The notes beneath the pieces were generated by a model. That model was not told where the DNA came from and did not search any database. It was given only the letters and a program-made list of their open reading frames with translations. From a virus, in the IMG/VR virus record IMGVR_UViG_3300046001_008198, positions 61,220 to 125,219 of that record: a stretch of 64,000 nt of DNA, one strand, 5' to 3'. This document shows positions 9,238-17,677 of the stretch, piece after piece. Positions within the stretch are counted from its first letter, which is position 1, and each line of letters opens with the position of its first letter. Made by a program: the position numbers and the translations under genes.

Positions 9238-9681
9238 TTAAAGTAGTTCTATAGGCTTACAGTAGTATTGTTGAATCTTTATAATTGAAGATATTACTAA
9301 ACCATCTACTATTTTAGTTGGAATTTTAACAAAAACATCCTGATTTAGAACTGAGATTTCATGTATTTCCACTACAACATAACCATTGATATCAATCAAC
9401 TTGTTGTTTTTGTGGTAGTTCATTATTTCTGTATTCCAAAGTGATTTAATTTTAATCCTAACATTTACTCCAGGAGCAAAGATGCATGGATTACCATTAA
9501 CTTTGATTGGTTTTTCAGGATTGTTTAGAAAGTTCATGAACATATCTCTCTGATCACTTCCCATTTCTGAAAGATTGAGTGCTAATTGTTTAATAATTAG
9601 TTCTTTTTTTTCTGGAAAGTTCATGAACATTTTGATAATATCAATATCTCTTTGTAAAGAGTCTTCGTTGATTCTGCTCAT
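9238..9681 (-). CDS. hypothetical protein
   Basis: 147-aa ORF. Confidence 0.7.
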   Translation of the reverse strand: MSRINEDSLQRDIDIIKMFMNFPEKKELIIKQLALNLSEMGSDQRDMFMNFLNNPEKPIKVNGNPCIFAPGVNVRIKIKSLWNTEIMNYHKNNKLIDINGYVVVEIHEISVLNQDVFVKIPTKIVDGLVISSIIKIQQYYCKPIELL

Positions 9682-9683
9682 AA

Positions 9684-9821
9684 TTAATTGATGTAACCGT
9701 ATTGAGCCATTAGTGTTGGATCAACCCCTGTGAGTTGGCAATCTAAGATGAATTCTTCATGCATTTGTGCCAATACATCATCTTGGGTCATTGGCTTTTG
9801 TTCTGTTGTTGGCTTTTCCAT
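9684..9821 (-). CDS. small hypothetical protein (45 aa, below track cut-off)
   Basis: MEKPTTEQKPMTQDDVLAQMHEEFILDCQLTGVDPTLMAQYGYIN*, fills the gap after a terminator. Confidence 0.65.
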   Translation of the reverse strand: MEKPTTEQKPMTQDDVLAQMHEEFILDCQLTGVDPTLMAQYGYIN

Positions 9822-9841
9822 TTGTGTAAATTAAGAGAATA

Positions 9842-9872
9842 AAAAAGGGAATACACGATGCATTCCCTTTTG
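9842..9872. terminator. intrinsic terminator (bidirectional)
   Basis: aaaaaagggaat-acacgatgc-attccctttt. Confidence 0.7.
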
Positions 9873-9923
9873 TCAATAAATTAAACTTCGTCAAGTCTAA
9901 GTTCTCCCTCCATGCAGGGGGTG

Positions 9924-10157
9924 TCACCTAGTTGGATGTCTCTCCTTTCTGCTGTAGTTAATCAATCCTTCTGTTAAGATTGTTATCAAGTTCCCTTCAT
10001 AAATATCTAGAGTATAGATTCGGGGTGTTTTAACAACAATTTCAAAGAATGGTATTGAGTTACAGAAAGCTATATTAATCGTGTTGTTGTTTTCCGATTG
10101 ATAACTTGCTGAATAAACTACAACAAGAAGGAGCAACATAGTTAGTGATGCTCTCAT
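9924..10157 (-). CDS. predicted membrane/secreted small protein
   Basis: Hydrophobic N-terminus MLLLLVVVYS. Confidence 0.5.
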   Translation of the reverse strand: MRASLTMLLLLVVVYSASYQSENNNTINIAFCNSIPFFEIVVKTPRIYTLDIYEGNLITILTEGLINYSRKERHPTR

Positions 10158-10186
10158 CTTATATTTTTTAGATTGGTGTAAATATA

Positions 10187-10726
10187 TTAATTATTTGCAA
10201 TAAATTTATAATAGGTTCGATTTTCACTTTTGGTGTAGACAGCGTAGTCTTCTCCAACAATGATATATTCATTCTGATTATAATAAATTGTACCGTTATT
10301 TCCTAAATCAGGAATAATGTCAATGTAAGGCATGGTATAGGATCCATTTCCATCTATTCTTTCTATAATGAGGTATTTAGTTCCATCAGTTTCTTGGTAA
10401 AAGCTGACATGGCTGTATTCTCGAAGGATATTATAGAGTGGTAGATTAGGTTTGCTGATAATTAACCATCCTGAATTGCTTTTGCTGTAAATGTGTGTTA
10501 AAACTTCATTGTTTACAACATAGACTGTTGTTTTGTATTCAATCACAAGTGTTGTTAATGATGTTTTAGTAATTTCTACGGGTACTTCTGCAGTACTGGA
10601 ATTGAAATACTTGACAACATACAGGTCTTGAATTGTAACTTGTTCGGTTGGACAAGCATCTATCGGAGTTGCTTGAACTGTTGTTGCGAATAATAGAATC
10701 GCACAAATTGCAAAAAATCTTTTCAT
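10187..10726 (-). CDS. secreted protein with signal peptide
   Basis: MKRFFAICAILLFATTVQA: classic Sec signal with AxA-like cleavage. Confidence 0.75.
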   Translation of the reverse strand: MKRFFAICAILLFATTVQATPIDACPTEQVTIQDLYVVKYFNSSTAEVPVEITKTSLTTLVIEYKTTVYVVNNEVLTHIYSKSNSGWLIISKPNLPLYNILREYSHVSFYQETDGTKYLIIERIDGNGSYTMPYIDIIPDLGNNGTIYYNQNEYIIVGEDYAVYTKSENRTYYKFIANN

Positions 10727-10972
10727 GGGTTTGAAGATTTAAAGATTAATACTAAATAAATAATTGTGATATATATAGGCTTTGAGGCCAAGCTGATTGA
10801 ACAGCGTGTCTTGGGTTTGATGATAGTAAAAGTTTTTAATGTGGTACTTTACCGCCTTTTAAGGTAAACCAAATGGTGAACATTGGAATGAGGTTGATAC
10901 AAAATCTTTTATGGTATTGAGAATAATGTACACCTATCCAGAAAGCTCGCCAATTGAATAACATTCCTAATT

Positions 10973-11293
10973 TCATTTGCTTTTCTTTTTAGATTTTAGG
11001 ATGAGAAATTCTGTACACTGAATGACTGTCATAGATGGATCTGAATAATCTAATCTACCTTCAATGATTACTTCCATTTGAGGAACTAGCGTATCATTCA
11101 TTATTTTAGCCATTTTTAATTTGGCGCATACATTGTGTGTTTGGATATTAGTAATGGTTGAAATCTTATTTTTAGTTTTGAATGTTTCAACTGTTTCTAA
11201 TTCCATAGATAATAAAGGACCTTTTTTAAGGTCTGTGTACATCATGGATTTTACTGTACCTATCAGAGATACTTTGTTTCTTAATGGCTGCAT
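10973..11293 (-). CDS. SSB-like OB-fold protein, no acidic tail
   Basis: LRNKVSLIGTV..ETVETFK..HNV..EVIIEGRLDYS matches the SSB core. Confidence 0.7.
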   Translation of the reverse strand: MQPLRNKVSLIGTVKSMMYTDLKKGPLLSMELETVETFKTKNKISTITNIQTHNVCAKLKMAKIMNDTLVPQMEVIIEGRLDYSDPSMTVIQCTEFLILKSKKKSK

Positions 11294-11294
11294 A

Positions 11295-11798
11295 TCAAAT
11301 TTTTTTAAGTAAGTATTCTCCTTGTTCTGTTAATCTTGGTTCAGGAACGGCATAAACTTTATCTCCACAAATATCCATCACAAATTCAACTTCAATTTCT
11401 GTTGGTTGCATAACATGTCTTTCCAAGTAACCTTTATAAGATTTTTGAGCTTCAGGATAAGTTTTATCTTTTGAAATCCATCCAGCATAAAAAGCATTTA
11501 ATACTTGTTCCAAAGTAAACACCTTGTCTTTATTCAACTCCATTGCTTTGTTGAAGCCTATCTTAAAGCCAATTTTTTCACGAGTTTTAAAATCATGAAC
11601 ACGAGTTTTTTCATCAAGTGTTTCAAGTTCTCTAGCCAACTTCTCAACATCAACTACTCCCATTGCTTTAGCAAACTCTTCTTCACAATTTTGTTTGGAT
11701 AGTTTTTTATCTCTATTATCTCTTGAATCAGTAGATGCTATTGCCCAACTTTTATCAACATATAAGTAGAAAATATCATCTTTCTTAATTAGTTTCAT
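11295..11798 (-). CDS. hypothetical protein
   Basis: 167-aa ORF. Confidence 0.75.
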   Translation of the reverse strand: MKLIKKDDIFYLYVDKSWAIASTDSRDNRDKKLSKQNCEEEFAKAMGVVDVEKLARELETLDEKTRVHDFKTREKIGFKIGFNKAMELNKDKVFTLEQVLNAFYAGWISKDKTYPEAQKSYKGYLERHVMQPTEIEVEFVMDICGDKVYAVPEPRLTEQGEYLLKKI

Positions 11799-11818
11799 AT
11801 GATTGTGTATTAGTTGTT

Positions 11819-12028
11819 TTATTTTTTTAGTGCATCATATAGTGCTGCTGTGAACAAACACGATAATAAAAATGCTAATGCAAAGAATCCTATGCATGCT
11901 CCTCGACCTTCTGGACTCCATTGTGAAATGTTGAAAGTTACAAAGTAAAAACTTACACATAAATAGATCATAGCTATTAGGATTACAAATATTGCAATAT
12001 TTGTTTTAATTAGTTGGTGTATACTCAT
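11819..12028 (-). CDS. two-TM membrane protein
   Basis: Two hydrophobic helices separated by NISQWSPEGR. Confidence 0.7.
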   Translation of the reverse strand: MSIHQLIKTNIAIFVILIAMIYLCVSFYFVTFNISQWSPEGRGACIGFFALAFLLSCLFTAALYDALKK

Positions 12029-12156
12029 TTTGCTTGGGTTTAGTGGATGATAGTAAATAATAAACCCGGACCTGTATGAGATCCGGGAATTTTCTAGTGT
12101 GCTAGAGCAGTACCTACGAAATTAAATATTTATGCTAGATATTTGGAAAAATATCG

Positions 12157-12230
12157 TGATTATGATGGGAGTCGAACCCACACCCCTGATCCGTGTACCC
12201 AGACCCGCACTACCCCAGTGCTACACAATC
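12157..12230 (-). tRNA. tRNA-like gene with aberrant anticodon arm (anticodon not assignable)
   Basis: Acceptor GATTGTG/CATAATC+A73; D stem GCAC/GTGC; T arm GTGGG-TTCGACT-CCCAT; anticodon stem GGTCT/GGATC with 8-nt loop GGGTACAC; no encoded CCA. Confidence 0.7.
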
Positions 12231-12307
12231 GCCATATCAGGAATAGGTAAACCTGATAATGTAATACCAATGAAGCAGGGGGTTGCCTGACTTACACACT
12301 GGTGATA

Positions 12308-12565
12308 TTATAATGGAAATTCATCTTTGTCTTTCCACAGCTGAACGATATCTGTTGGTGATTTGGTAATCACTGTGTCAAATAATAGTTTAGCTAATGA
12401 TTCGTTGTTACCTGACAAAGTAAGGAAATCTTTTTTGGTGTGAGACTTTCCTGATTTATCAATATAACATACTAAAGTTTCGCAACTGTTGTAAGCATCT
12501 ACTGATTTGAAAATAGATTTAGCTTTAACAGTGCAGTGTTGTGGTGTTTGTGTAAGAGTATTCAT
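12308..12565 (-). CDS. hypothetical protein
   Basis: 85-aa ORF. Confidence 0.7.
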   Translation of the reverse strand: MNTLTQTPQHCTVKAKSIFKSVDAYNSCETLVCYIDKSGKSHTKKDFLTLSGNNESLAKLLFDTVITKSPTDIVQLWKDKDEFPL

Positions 12566-12583
12566 TGTTGGTTGGTTTTGTGA

Positions 12584-12901
12584 CTATTTGAATCTACCGC
12601 CGTGATCTCGCTTTGCTAACTTTTTGAGAGCATTGTCTTTGTTCAAGGCTGATATATACACACAGTCTGGTTTCATTACTACTTTTTTGTTTGTAGATCC
12701 AGAAGAATCTTTGTTAACTACATAATCGGTTTTGGTAAACTCCGCTGGTTCAATTGTACCTGTTTCTAAATTTATTTCAAATAAAGAATGACCTCGGTGT
12801 GGATGAATACTACCAATATGTTTTTCCTGAAACTTCTGTTCTGTTTCTTTGGAGATATGAATCTCTTCACGGACTCCTAACTCTATTTCTTTACTGTTCA
12901 T
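12584..12901 (-). CDS. hypothetical protein
   Basis: 105-aa ORF preceded by TACCTTTG (TAnnTTTG) at 12906-12913. Confidence 0.75.
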   Translation of the reverse strand: MNSKEIELGVREEIHISKETEQKFQEKHIGSIHPHRGHSLFEINLETGTIEPAEFTKTDYVVNKDSSGSTNKKVVMKPDCVYISALNKDNALKKLAKRDHGGRFK

Positions 12902-12928
12902 GATACAAAGGTAAATAAAAATTAGTTA

Positions 12929-13213
12929 TTACAAAATTATGATGTCAGTGGCAATGACTTTACCTTTAGCAAGATAACCTTCTACAGCTAAATCAGATCC
13001 GATTCGTAGGCGATTAATAAATTTTAGGTATATGTCTCCTTTGAGTACAACTCTGTGTTGATACTTTTTTGTGATAGGTTTACCATTTCCATCCAACTGT
13101 AGAGATTTAGTTTCCAGGATAAAGCAAGTGCCTACTTTTTTAATACCTTCTTCGGTGGTTTGTTTAGGCTCAAGCGTTTTGAGAAGCTTGCCTATTAAGT
13201 TTACATGATTCAT
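12929..13213 (-). CDS. second SSB-like OB-fold protein, truncated
   Basis: MNHVNLIGKL..FILET..QHRVV..GSDLAVEGYL. Confidence 0.65.
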   Translation of the reverse strand: MNHVNLIGKLLKTLEPKQTTEEGIKKVGTCFILETKSLQLDGNGKPITKKYQHRVVLKGDIYLKFINRLRIGSDLAVEGYLAKGKVIATDIIIL

Positions 13214-13223
13214 GTGAAATGTT

Positions 13224-13427
13224 TTACTTGGTTGTGGTTAACTCTTGTGGTTGAACTTGGGTTCTTTTAACACCATGTTCTTGTTCTATTGCAAAAAGAA
13301 TCTTGTTGGCTTCATTCATTCTGTCAACGGCTTTCATTCCGATTGCCATGTGATGATTGAATGTGTTGGCTGCATCAACCCATCTTTCATTTGCAAGTTC
13401 AAATTTTAATCTGGTTGTGTCGTCCAT
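13224..13427 (-). CDS. hypothetical protein
   Basis: 67 aa; ATG overlaps the TTTACTATCAT motif. Confidence 0.7.
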   Translation of the reverse strand: MDDTTRLKFELANERWVDAANTFNHHMAIGMKAVDRMNEANKILFAIEQEHGVKRTQVQPQELTTTK

Positions 13428-13493
13428 GATAGTAAAAGTTAAAGGTTAATAAATTACCCCTCTGCATCTCAGTTGTAGGCTGTTATACCCTAA

Positions 13494-13858
13494 GTTAGCA
13501 CCAATACTATTGAACCAACCTATAAACAAGACGTTCAGCTTCTTTGCCTTTAACGTGCTTATAAATAGTTAATTCAGTTGGTGTTCCATTGTTATCAGCC
13601 ATTCCGCTAATTGAAACAATTTCACTAACTTCAATCACATTATTAGGGTCTGTACCTTCATAAACTATAAATGGGAAAGGCAAAGAACCTGCCTTAAATT
13701 CCTTAATTTCATCATCAGTAAAATAAGTACTGGTGCTAACATCGGTTTGGCAAAATTGCCGTTTTGTTTCTTCGTTTGACATTTTATCTAAATTTTAAAG
13801 TTTGTACTACTAATGAAGTTTTGTGTTCGGCAACTTCGCCAAGCCGAGAAACGTTATC
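13494..13858 (-). mobile_element. integron-cassette-like element (attC-like hairpin, ORF, inverse core site)
   Basis: Core GTTAGCACCAGTAC (13727-13740) vs inverse core GTATTGGTGCTAAC (13494-13507), 13/14 complementary; upstream 20-bp imperfect inverted repeat 13742-13761/13828-13847 bounded by TAAC and GTTA. Confidence 0.6.
13507..13782 (-). CDS. cassette-borne hypothetical protein
   Basis: 91 aa, MSNEETKRQFCQTDVSTS; first 14 codons lie in the attC-like hairpin. Confidence 0.75.
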   Translation of the reverse strand: MSNEETKRQFCQTDVSTSTYFTDDEIKEFKAGSLPFPFIVYEGTDPNNVIEVSEIVSISGMADNNGTPTELTIYKHVKGKEAERLVYRLVQ

Positions 13859-13869
13859 ATTAACTATTT

Positions 13870-14080
13870 AACATAGTTCACTTACAACTGCTCACCCTTG
13901 GGAGCTGATTAACTCATCTAGCTATATGCTACATTAGTTTCGGTTAATCAGGTGGTTTCACATCTTATGTGGCTGGTTTCCACTACATCCCGTGCACTAG
14001 GAATAAGAAGTCTTTATATCCACGTGAGAATGGTGCATTAATAATTTGACGGCTCCCGTATTTCAGAGAGCCGTTCAATA
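13870..14080 (-). ncRNA. candidate structured non-coding RNA
   Basis: Intergenic; hairpins ACGGCTC..GAAA..GAGCCGT, CTGATTAAC/GTTAATCAG, GCTC..GAGC; no ORF >=60 aa. Confidence 0.35.
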
Positions 14081-14157
14081 ATTGGGTTTGTAGTACTTGC
14101 TACAAATATGTCCATCAACGCTAGGTTGGATAAAGCCGAAGCTATTTCATGATTTTT

Positions 14158-14361
14158 TCATAGATTTGTTCTAGTAATAATTTTTTCTGTTTGTCCCCAT
14201 GAAAATTCAGAGGGATTGAGATAATCTAATTTGAATGCTTTTTTGAATACATCTGCAATCATTACTTCATCGAATTCGTCTTCGAATGTTACTTCAGATT
14301 TATTAACATCAAGGATGAATGTTATCAATGATGCTAAATCAATTAATACAAGTGTTATCAT
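14158..14361 (-). CDS. hypothetical protein
   Basis: 67 aa, 10 nt downstream of the motif. Confidence 0.7.
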   Translation of the reverse strand: MITLVLIDLASLITFILDVNKSEVTFEDEFDEVMIADVFKKAFKLDYLNPSEFSWGQTEKIITRTNL

Positions 14362-14400
14362 AATTGGGGTGGATGATAGTAAATACTATTAAATATATAA

Positions 14401-14697
14401 CTATAGTACTTGATAAATGAATAATGGATATCTCATTTCACCGTGTACTGAATCTATTTGAAAGAATATAGCCATTCCTAAGAAATTACATTCTGTAGAA
14501 TCAAATGCTTGACCGTCTGGAACTATCTTAAATTTGAATATTCTATGGTAGATCATATCAGGATTGTGAGAGAAATAGATTCGGAGGTCAAGGTTAACAC
14601 GTTCTATACTTAGAATTTTGGCATCCGATGGTAAGTTCACTTCATGAGTTTTTTCACATGGAAACTTAATTGTGATATATGTTATGATCGTATTCAT
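14401..14697 (-). CDS. hypothetical protein (common small phage family: LP..AKILS..F.IV..G....FLG)
   Basis: 98-aa ORF. Confidence 0.7.
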   Translation of the reverse strand: MNTIITYITIKFPCEKTHEVNLPSDAKILSIERVNLDLRIYFSHNPDMIYHRIFKFKIVPDGQAFDSTECNFLGMAIFFQIDSVHGEMRYPLFIYQVL

Positions 14698-14708
14698 ACA
14701 GTTACGTT

Positions 14709-15068
14709 TTATAAGAGTCCTATCTTTTCAAGGAAATCTTTGTTAGTAAATCGATGTTCAAAGAATTCAATTACATAGACATCTTCATCAGTAATAAGAT
14801 GGTCAATGGCTGTGATATGGTCGCCGTCATTGTATTGGCGAAGAAGATTAAGCATTGCATCAACAAGGTAATCGATGTGTTCATACGTAATGAATTGTCG
14901 AGCACTCTCGATAGCTACTGCCTGAGCAAAATACTTGTTAATATCCATTCTGTGGTAGTCAAAGTCTTTCTCAGAATTATCAGCGTCAAGGATTATTAGT
15001 CGTTTGATAATGTTTGGAAGCTCTGTAGCACTGAGGATGTGTGTGAGGTAGAGATTATTTGGTGTCAT
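14709..15068 (-). CDS. hypothetical protein
   Basis: Start at MTPNN, downstream of the motif. Confidence 0.65.
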   Translation of the reverse strand: MTPNNLYLTHILSATELPNIIKRLIILDADNSEKDFDYHRMDINKYFAQAVAIESARQFITYEHIDYLVDAMLNLLRQYNDGDHITAIDHLITDEDVYVIEFFEHRFTNKDFLEKIGLL

Positions 15069-15408
15069 TATTTGGTGGATTAAATGATAGTAAATACCAG
15101 TATATTTTTTCATCATGCATTCCATGTAAGTCGAGAATGCTGAATGCTGTTTGGTGGTAATTGATTATTGGTTCAGATGATATTCCGAATGGAAATCTTT
15201 CATTTTTGTAATCGTAATAAGTTCCAACCCAATTTTCATATTTGAAAATATCATGAGTGCCCTGACTATAATCAGGACCTTGAGTGATAACAAATACATT
15301 TAGATCCGGACGATATGTTGATACCCAGATATGTTTTAATGTTTCTGATTTATCTGTAGTAATCAATAACTTCACACCAGGTTTTGTTTCAAAAAGGATA
15401 TGTGCCAT
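15055..15408 (-). CDS. paralog family protein A
   Basis: HILFETKPGVKLL...YWYLLS. Confidence 0.75.
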   Translation of the reverse strand: MAHILFETKPGVKLLITTDKSETLKHIWVSTYRPDLNVFVITQGPDYSQGTHDIFKYENWVGTYYDYKNERFPFGISSEPIINYHQTAFSILDLHGMHDEKIYWYLLSFNPPNNDTK

Positions 15409-15411
15409 AAT

Positions 15412-15747
15412 TTATGAGATTAAGTACCAATAGAATATATCTGGATGTACAAAATCATATCCTTTGAGAATTGATTCTAACGATTCATGTTTATAATATG
15501 TTGATCCTGCTACAGAATTGTAAATAATAAACTGAGTATTGATTCTGTTTGGTGTACCTGTTGTACTAAGAAATGCATCAATAACATTAGGTTTTGTTAT
15601 AGTCCACAGTGTTTCTTCATTTGTATACAACACAGTTAATTTGTCATAATAGAAGAAAGTTGAGAATGCAAGCACTAGATTAGGACATTTTTCTTGAACA
15701 ACAAGCAAGCGTACTCCGGATTTAGGTTCTACGATAATTCGTTTCAT
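15412..15747 (-). CDS. paralog family protein B
   Basis: RIIVEPKSGVRLL...FYWYLIS*. Confidence 0.75.
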   Translation of the reverse strand: MKRIIVEPKSGVRLLVVQEKCPNLVLAFSTFFYYDKLTVLYTNEETLWTITKPNVIDAFLSTTGTPNRINTQFIIYNSVAGSTYYKHESLESILKGYDFVHPDIFYWYLIS

Positions 15748-15759
15748 AGGCGCTGGGTG

Positions 15760-16074
15760 TTATGATAGTAAATGCCAATAGGTCTCACCTTTGGATGTGA
15801 ACATATAATGATTTAGCATTTCAAGTAGGCATTCACTTACAGTTGCACAATAATCTGATGGTTCACGGATGTTTATGAAGTTACTGTCCCACGGCAATAA
15901 GTTAACACCTTTTACGGTAATGAGGTAATGGAATTCTGGTGGTGCAAAGTAGAGTGTGAAATCTTCAGGGCCTGTAAACATTTCAGTAGTGAATACATGA
16001 GGGAGCATTTTTGATTTAGTCTTTGTTAGCAACAATCGCACTCCTGGTTGTGGTTCAATTATGAGGTGGTTCAT
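15760..16074 (-). CDS. paralog family protein C
   Basis: HLIIEPQPGVRLL...YWHLLS*. Confidence 0.75.
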   Translation of the reverse strand: MNHLIIEPQPGVRLLLTKTKSKMLPHVFTTEMFTGPEDFTLYFAPPEFHYLITVKGVNLLPWDSNFINIREPSDYCATVSECLLEMLNHYMFTSKGETYWHLLS

Positions 16075-16083
16075 AAGGCTTGG

Positions 16084-16440
16084 TTATTTATCTTCTTTCA
16101 TTATATGAATTTCATCGATGGCGAATGTAATGGATGGATCCATCTTACTTTTGATTGTTAATTCAGCCATTTGTTGAGCATCGAAAGCATCAGTAGCTTT
16201 GACAAAGAAGTCTGCCGTGTATGTAACTTTGAATGATTTAAGTTGACGTAGTTCTTTGATGTATGCATAAACTGTTTTGAATTTTTGCTTACGCTCAATA
16301 GGGTCTAGTATTTTGTCAACTGTTGTAGTGATTGATGCGTCACCATTTGTATATAATATAATACAGGCTCTTTGTAAAAAGGGAAATTTCTTTTTTATCT
16401 TGGTGACTAAGTTCTTGTGTTCAATTGGTGAGAGTTCCAT
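16084..16440 (-). CDS. hypothetical protein
   Basis: 118 aa; motif directly upstream of ATG. Confidence 0.75.
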   Translation of the reverse strand: MELSPIEHKNLVTKIKKKFPFLQRACIILYTNGDASITTTVDKILDPIERKQKFKTVYAYIKELRQLKSFKVTYTADFFVKATDAFDAQQMAELTIKSKMDPSITFAIDEIHIMKEDK

Positions 16441-16501
16441 GATGATAGTATTAATAGGTGAAAATTCAAAAGCGGCAGGTACTAATCTTTCTGAATTACT
16501 T

Positions 16502-16636
16502 CTATACTATAAGAGATAAAAGAAAAGATCTGTCATGCATGTAGTCTTCAAAGATAGAGTCTTGAGGTATGAGGTCATGTTCTATGCAATGTTCGAATAG
16601 CTCTGTAGTGGTCCAATCGTAGTAGGGAGTGTCCAT
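16502..16636 (-). CDS. small acidic hypothetical protein
   Basis: MDTPYYDWTTTELFEHCIEHDL... Confidence 0.55.
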   Translation of the reverse strand: MDTPYYDWTTTELFEHCIEHDLIPQDSIFEDYMHDRSFLLSLIV

Positions 16637-16934
16637 ATAGTAATATTTAAATTGAATAAATGGTCGGTTTGAGTAGGTATGAAGAGGTGAGGAATATAGG
16701 GATAGGTTGTCCCTCAGTATCACACAAAGAGAAGCCAAAACCTCGCATTATTGTAATGCTATGCTTAATAAAGAGGATTAAAGTATCAAATATCCCCGGG
16801 TGGAGACTAACTTTGAAAAGATTAATCCCTTATAAACATTGAGAAGTATGTAAAAGTATACTATTGGATTCCTAAAACAGTACAAAAGGAGATATTGCTA
16901 CCTCCTAATGCATTGTTCCTCTCTTTACACAAGG

Positions 16935-17123
16935 TTATTGTTCATCTAATTCGATATAACCTAGTATGAATAGGTCATTTGTATTAGCTGAAATACTGAT
17001 TGATTCTGTTTCTACTTCTTCAATCATAAACTTAATAGCGAATTTCTTTGCTATTGCTTTGAATTGGTAGTACTCCTTTAAACTAAGGTGTATGATTGTG
17101 GTAATGATTTCTGCAGTTTTCAT
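16935..17123 (-). CDS. hypothetical protein
   Basis: 62-aa ORF with A-rich leader. Confidence 0.65.
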   Translation of the reverse strand: MKTAEIITTIIHLSLKEYYQFKAIAKKFAIKFMIEEVETESISISANTNDLFILGYIELDEQ

Positions 17124-17464
17124 AAGCTTATTTATTGTGGTTTATAGCCTTATTTAATTAATTATGAGATAGTTACGCATTGTAACTTAAAGTAATAGTT
17201 AAACCCTTTCACGGTACAGGCATGGTCTTGCTGGATGAGTGATGTATTAGTAGTTGGGCTTGTAATACGTAAGGGTTGCTTGTAATAGGATAGTAGCTTG
17301 GGTCCTGGAGTATGAGATCATCTCTGTTGTTTCGGCTTTCCTGATTACAGGCGGGGTGATGATAGTAAGGTAGCACATTCTTGATTGGGCCTTCTTCGAA
17401 GAAGCTAGTAGCTAGGGTCCCGAAGGATGTGAAGGTCAGGAAGTGCATACCATGGGACTGTAAT

Positions 17465-17615
17465 TACTACGAGTGCTGTTCCGTGTTAGCACGGGTGAGC
17501 ATTGGGTGTAGAGACTGTTGCCAAGATCGCATGTATGTCAACCCTCGGAGAGCATAGGTTGCCTAGGCGGCAGGACGAAGTCCTTCTAAGAGCCGACACC
17601 AAGTTGGGAGTGAGT
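17465..17615 (-). ncRNA. candidate structured non-coding RNA
   Basis: GC-rich intergenic segment; TTGGTGT/ACACCCAA, CAACC/GGTTG, TGCT-CCGTG(ctaa)CACGG-AGCA, AGGAC/GTCCT. Confidence 0.4.
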
Positions 17616-17635
17616 AGCGATGATAGTAAAACAAA

Positions 17636-17651
17636 GCCCCCGTTAAGGGGC
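17636..17651 (-). terminator. intrinsic terminator followed by the motif
   Basis: gcccc-ttaac-gggggc tttgtttt actatcatc. Confidence 0.8.
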
Positions 17652-17677
17652 GATGTTCAGTACCAAGGATATCTGTG

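Noticed and set aside
13870-13960. Hammerhead (CTGAT..GAAAC) or pistol (GTTAAATAG) ribozyme
   Set aside because: CUGAUUA breaks the CUGAnGA core; the pistol pseudoknot partner is absent
17209-17448. 79-aa ORF MHFLTFTSFG
   Set aside because: Overlaps hairpins and a motif copy, no recognisable leader or homology; left unannotated pending ribosome data
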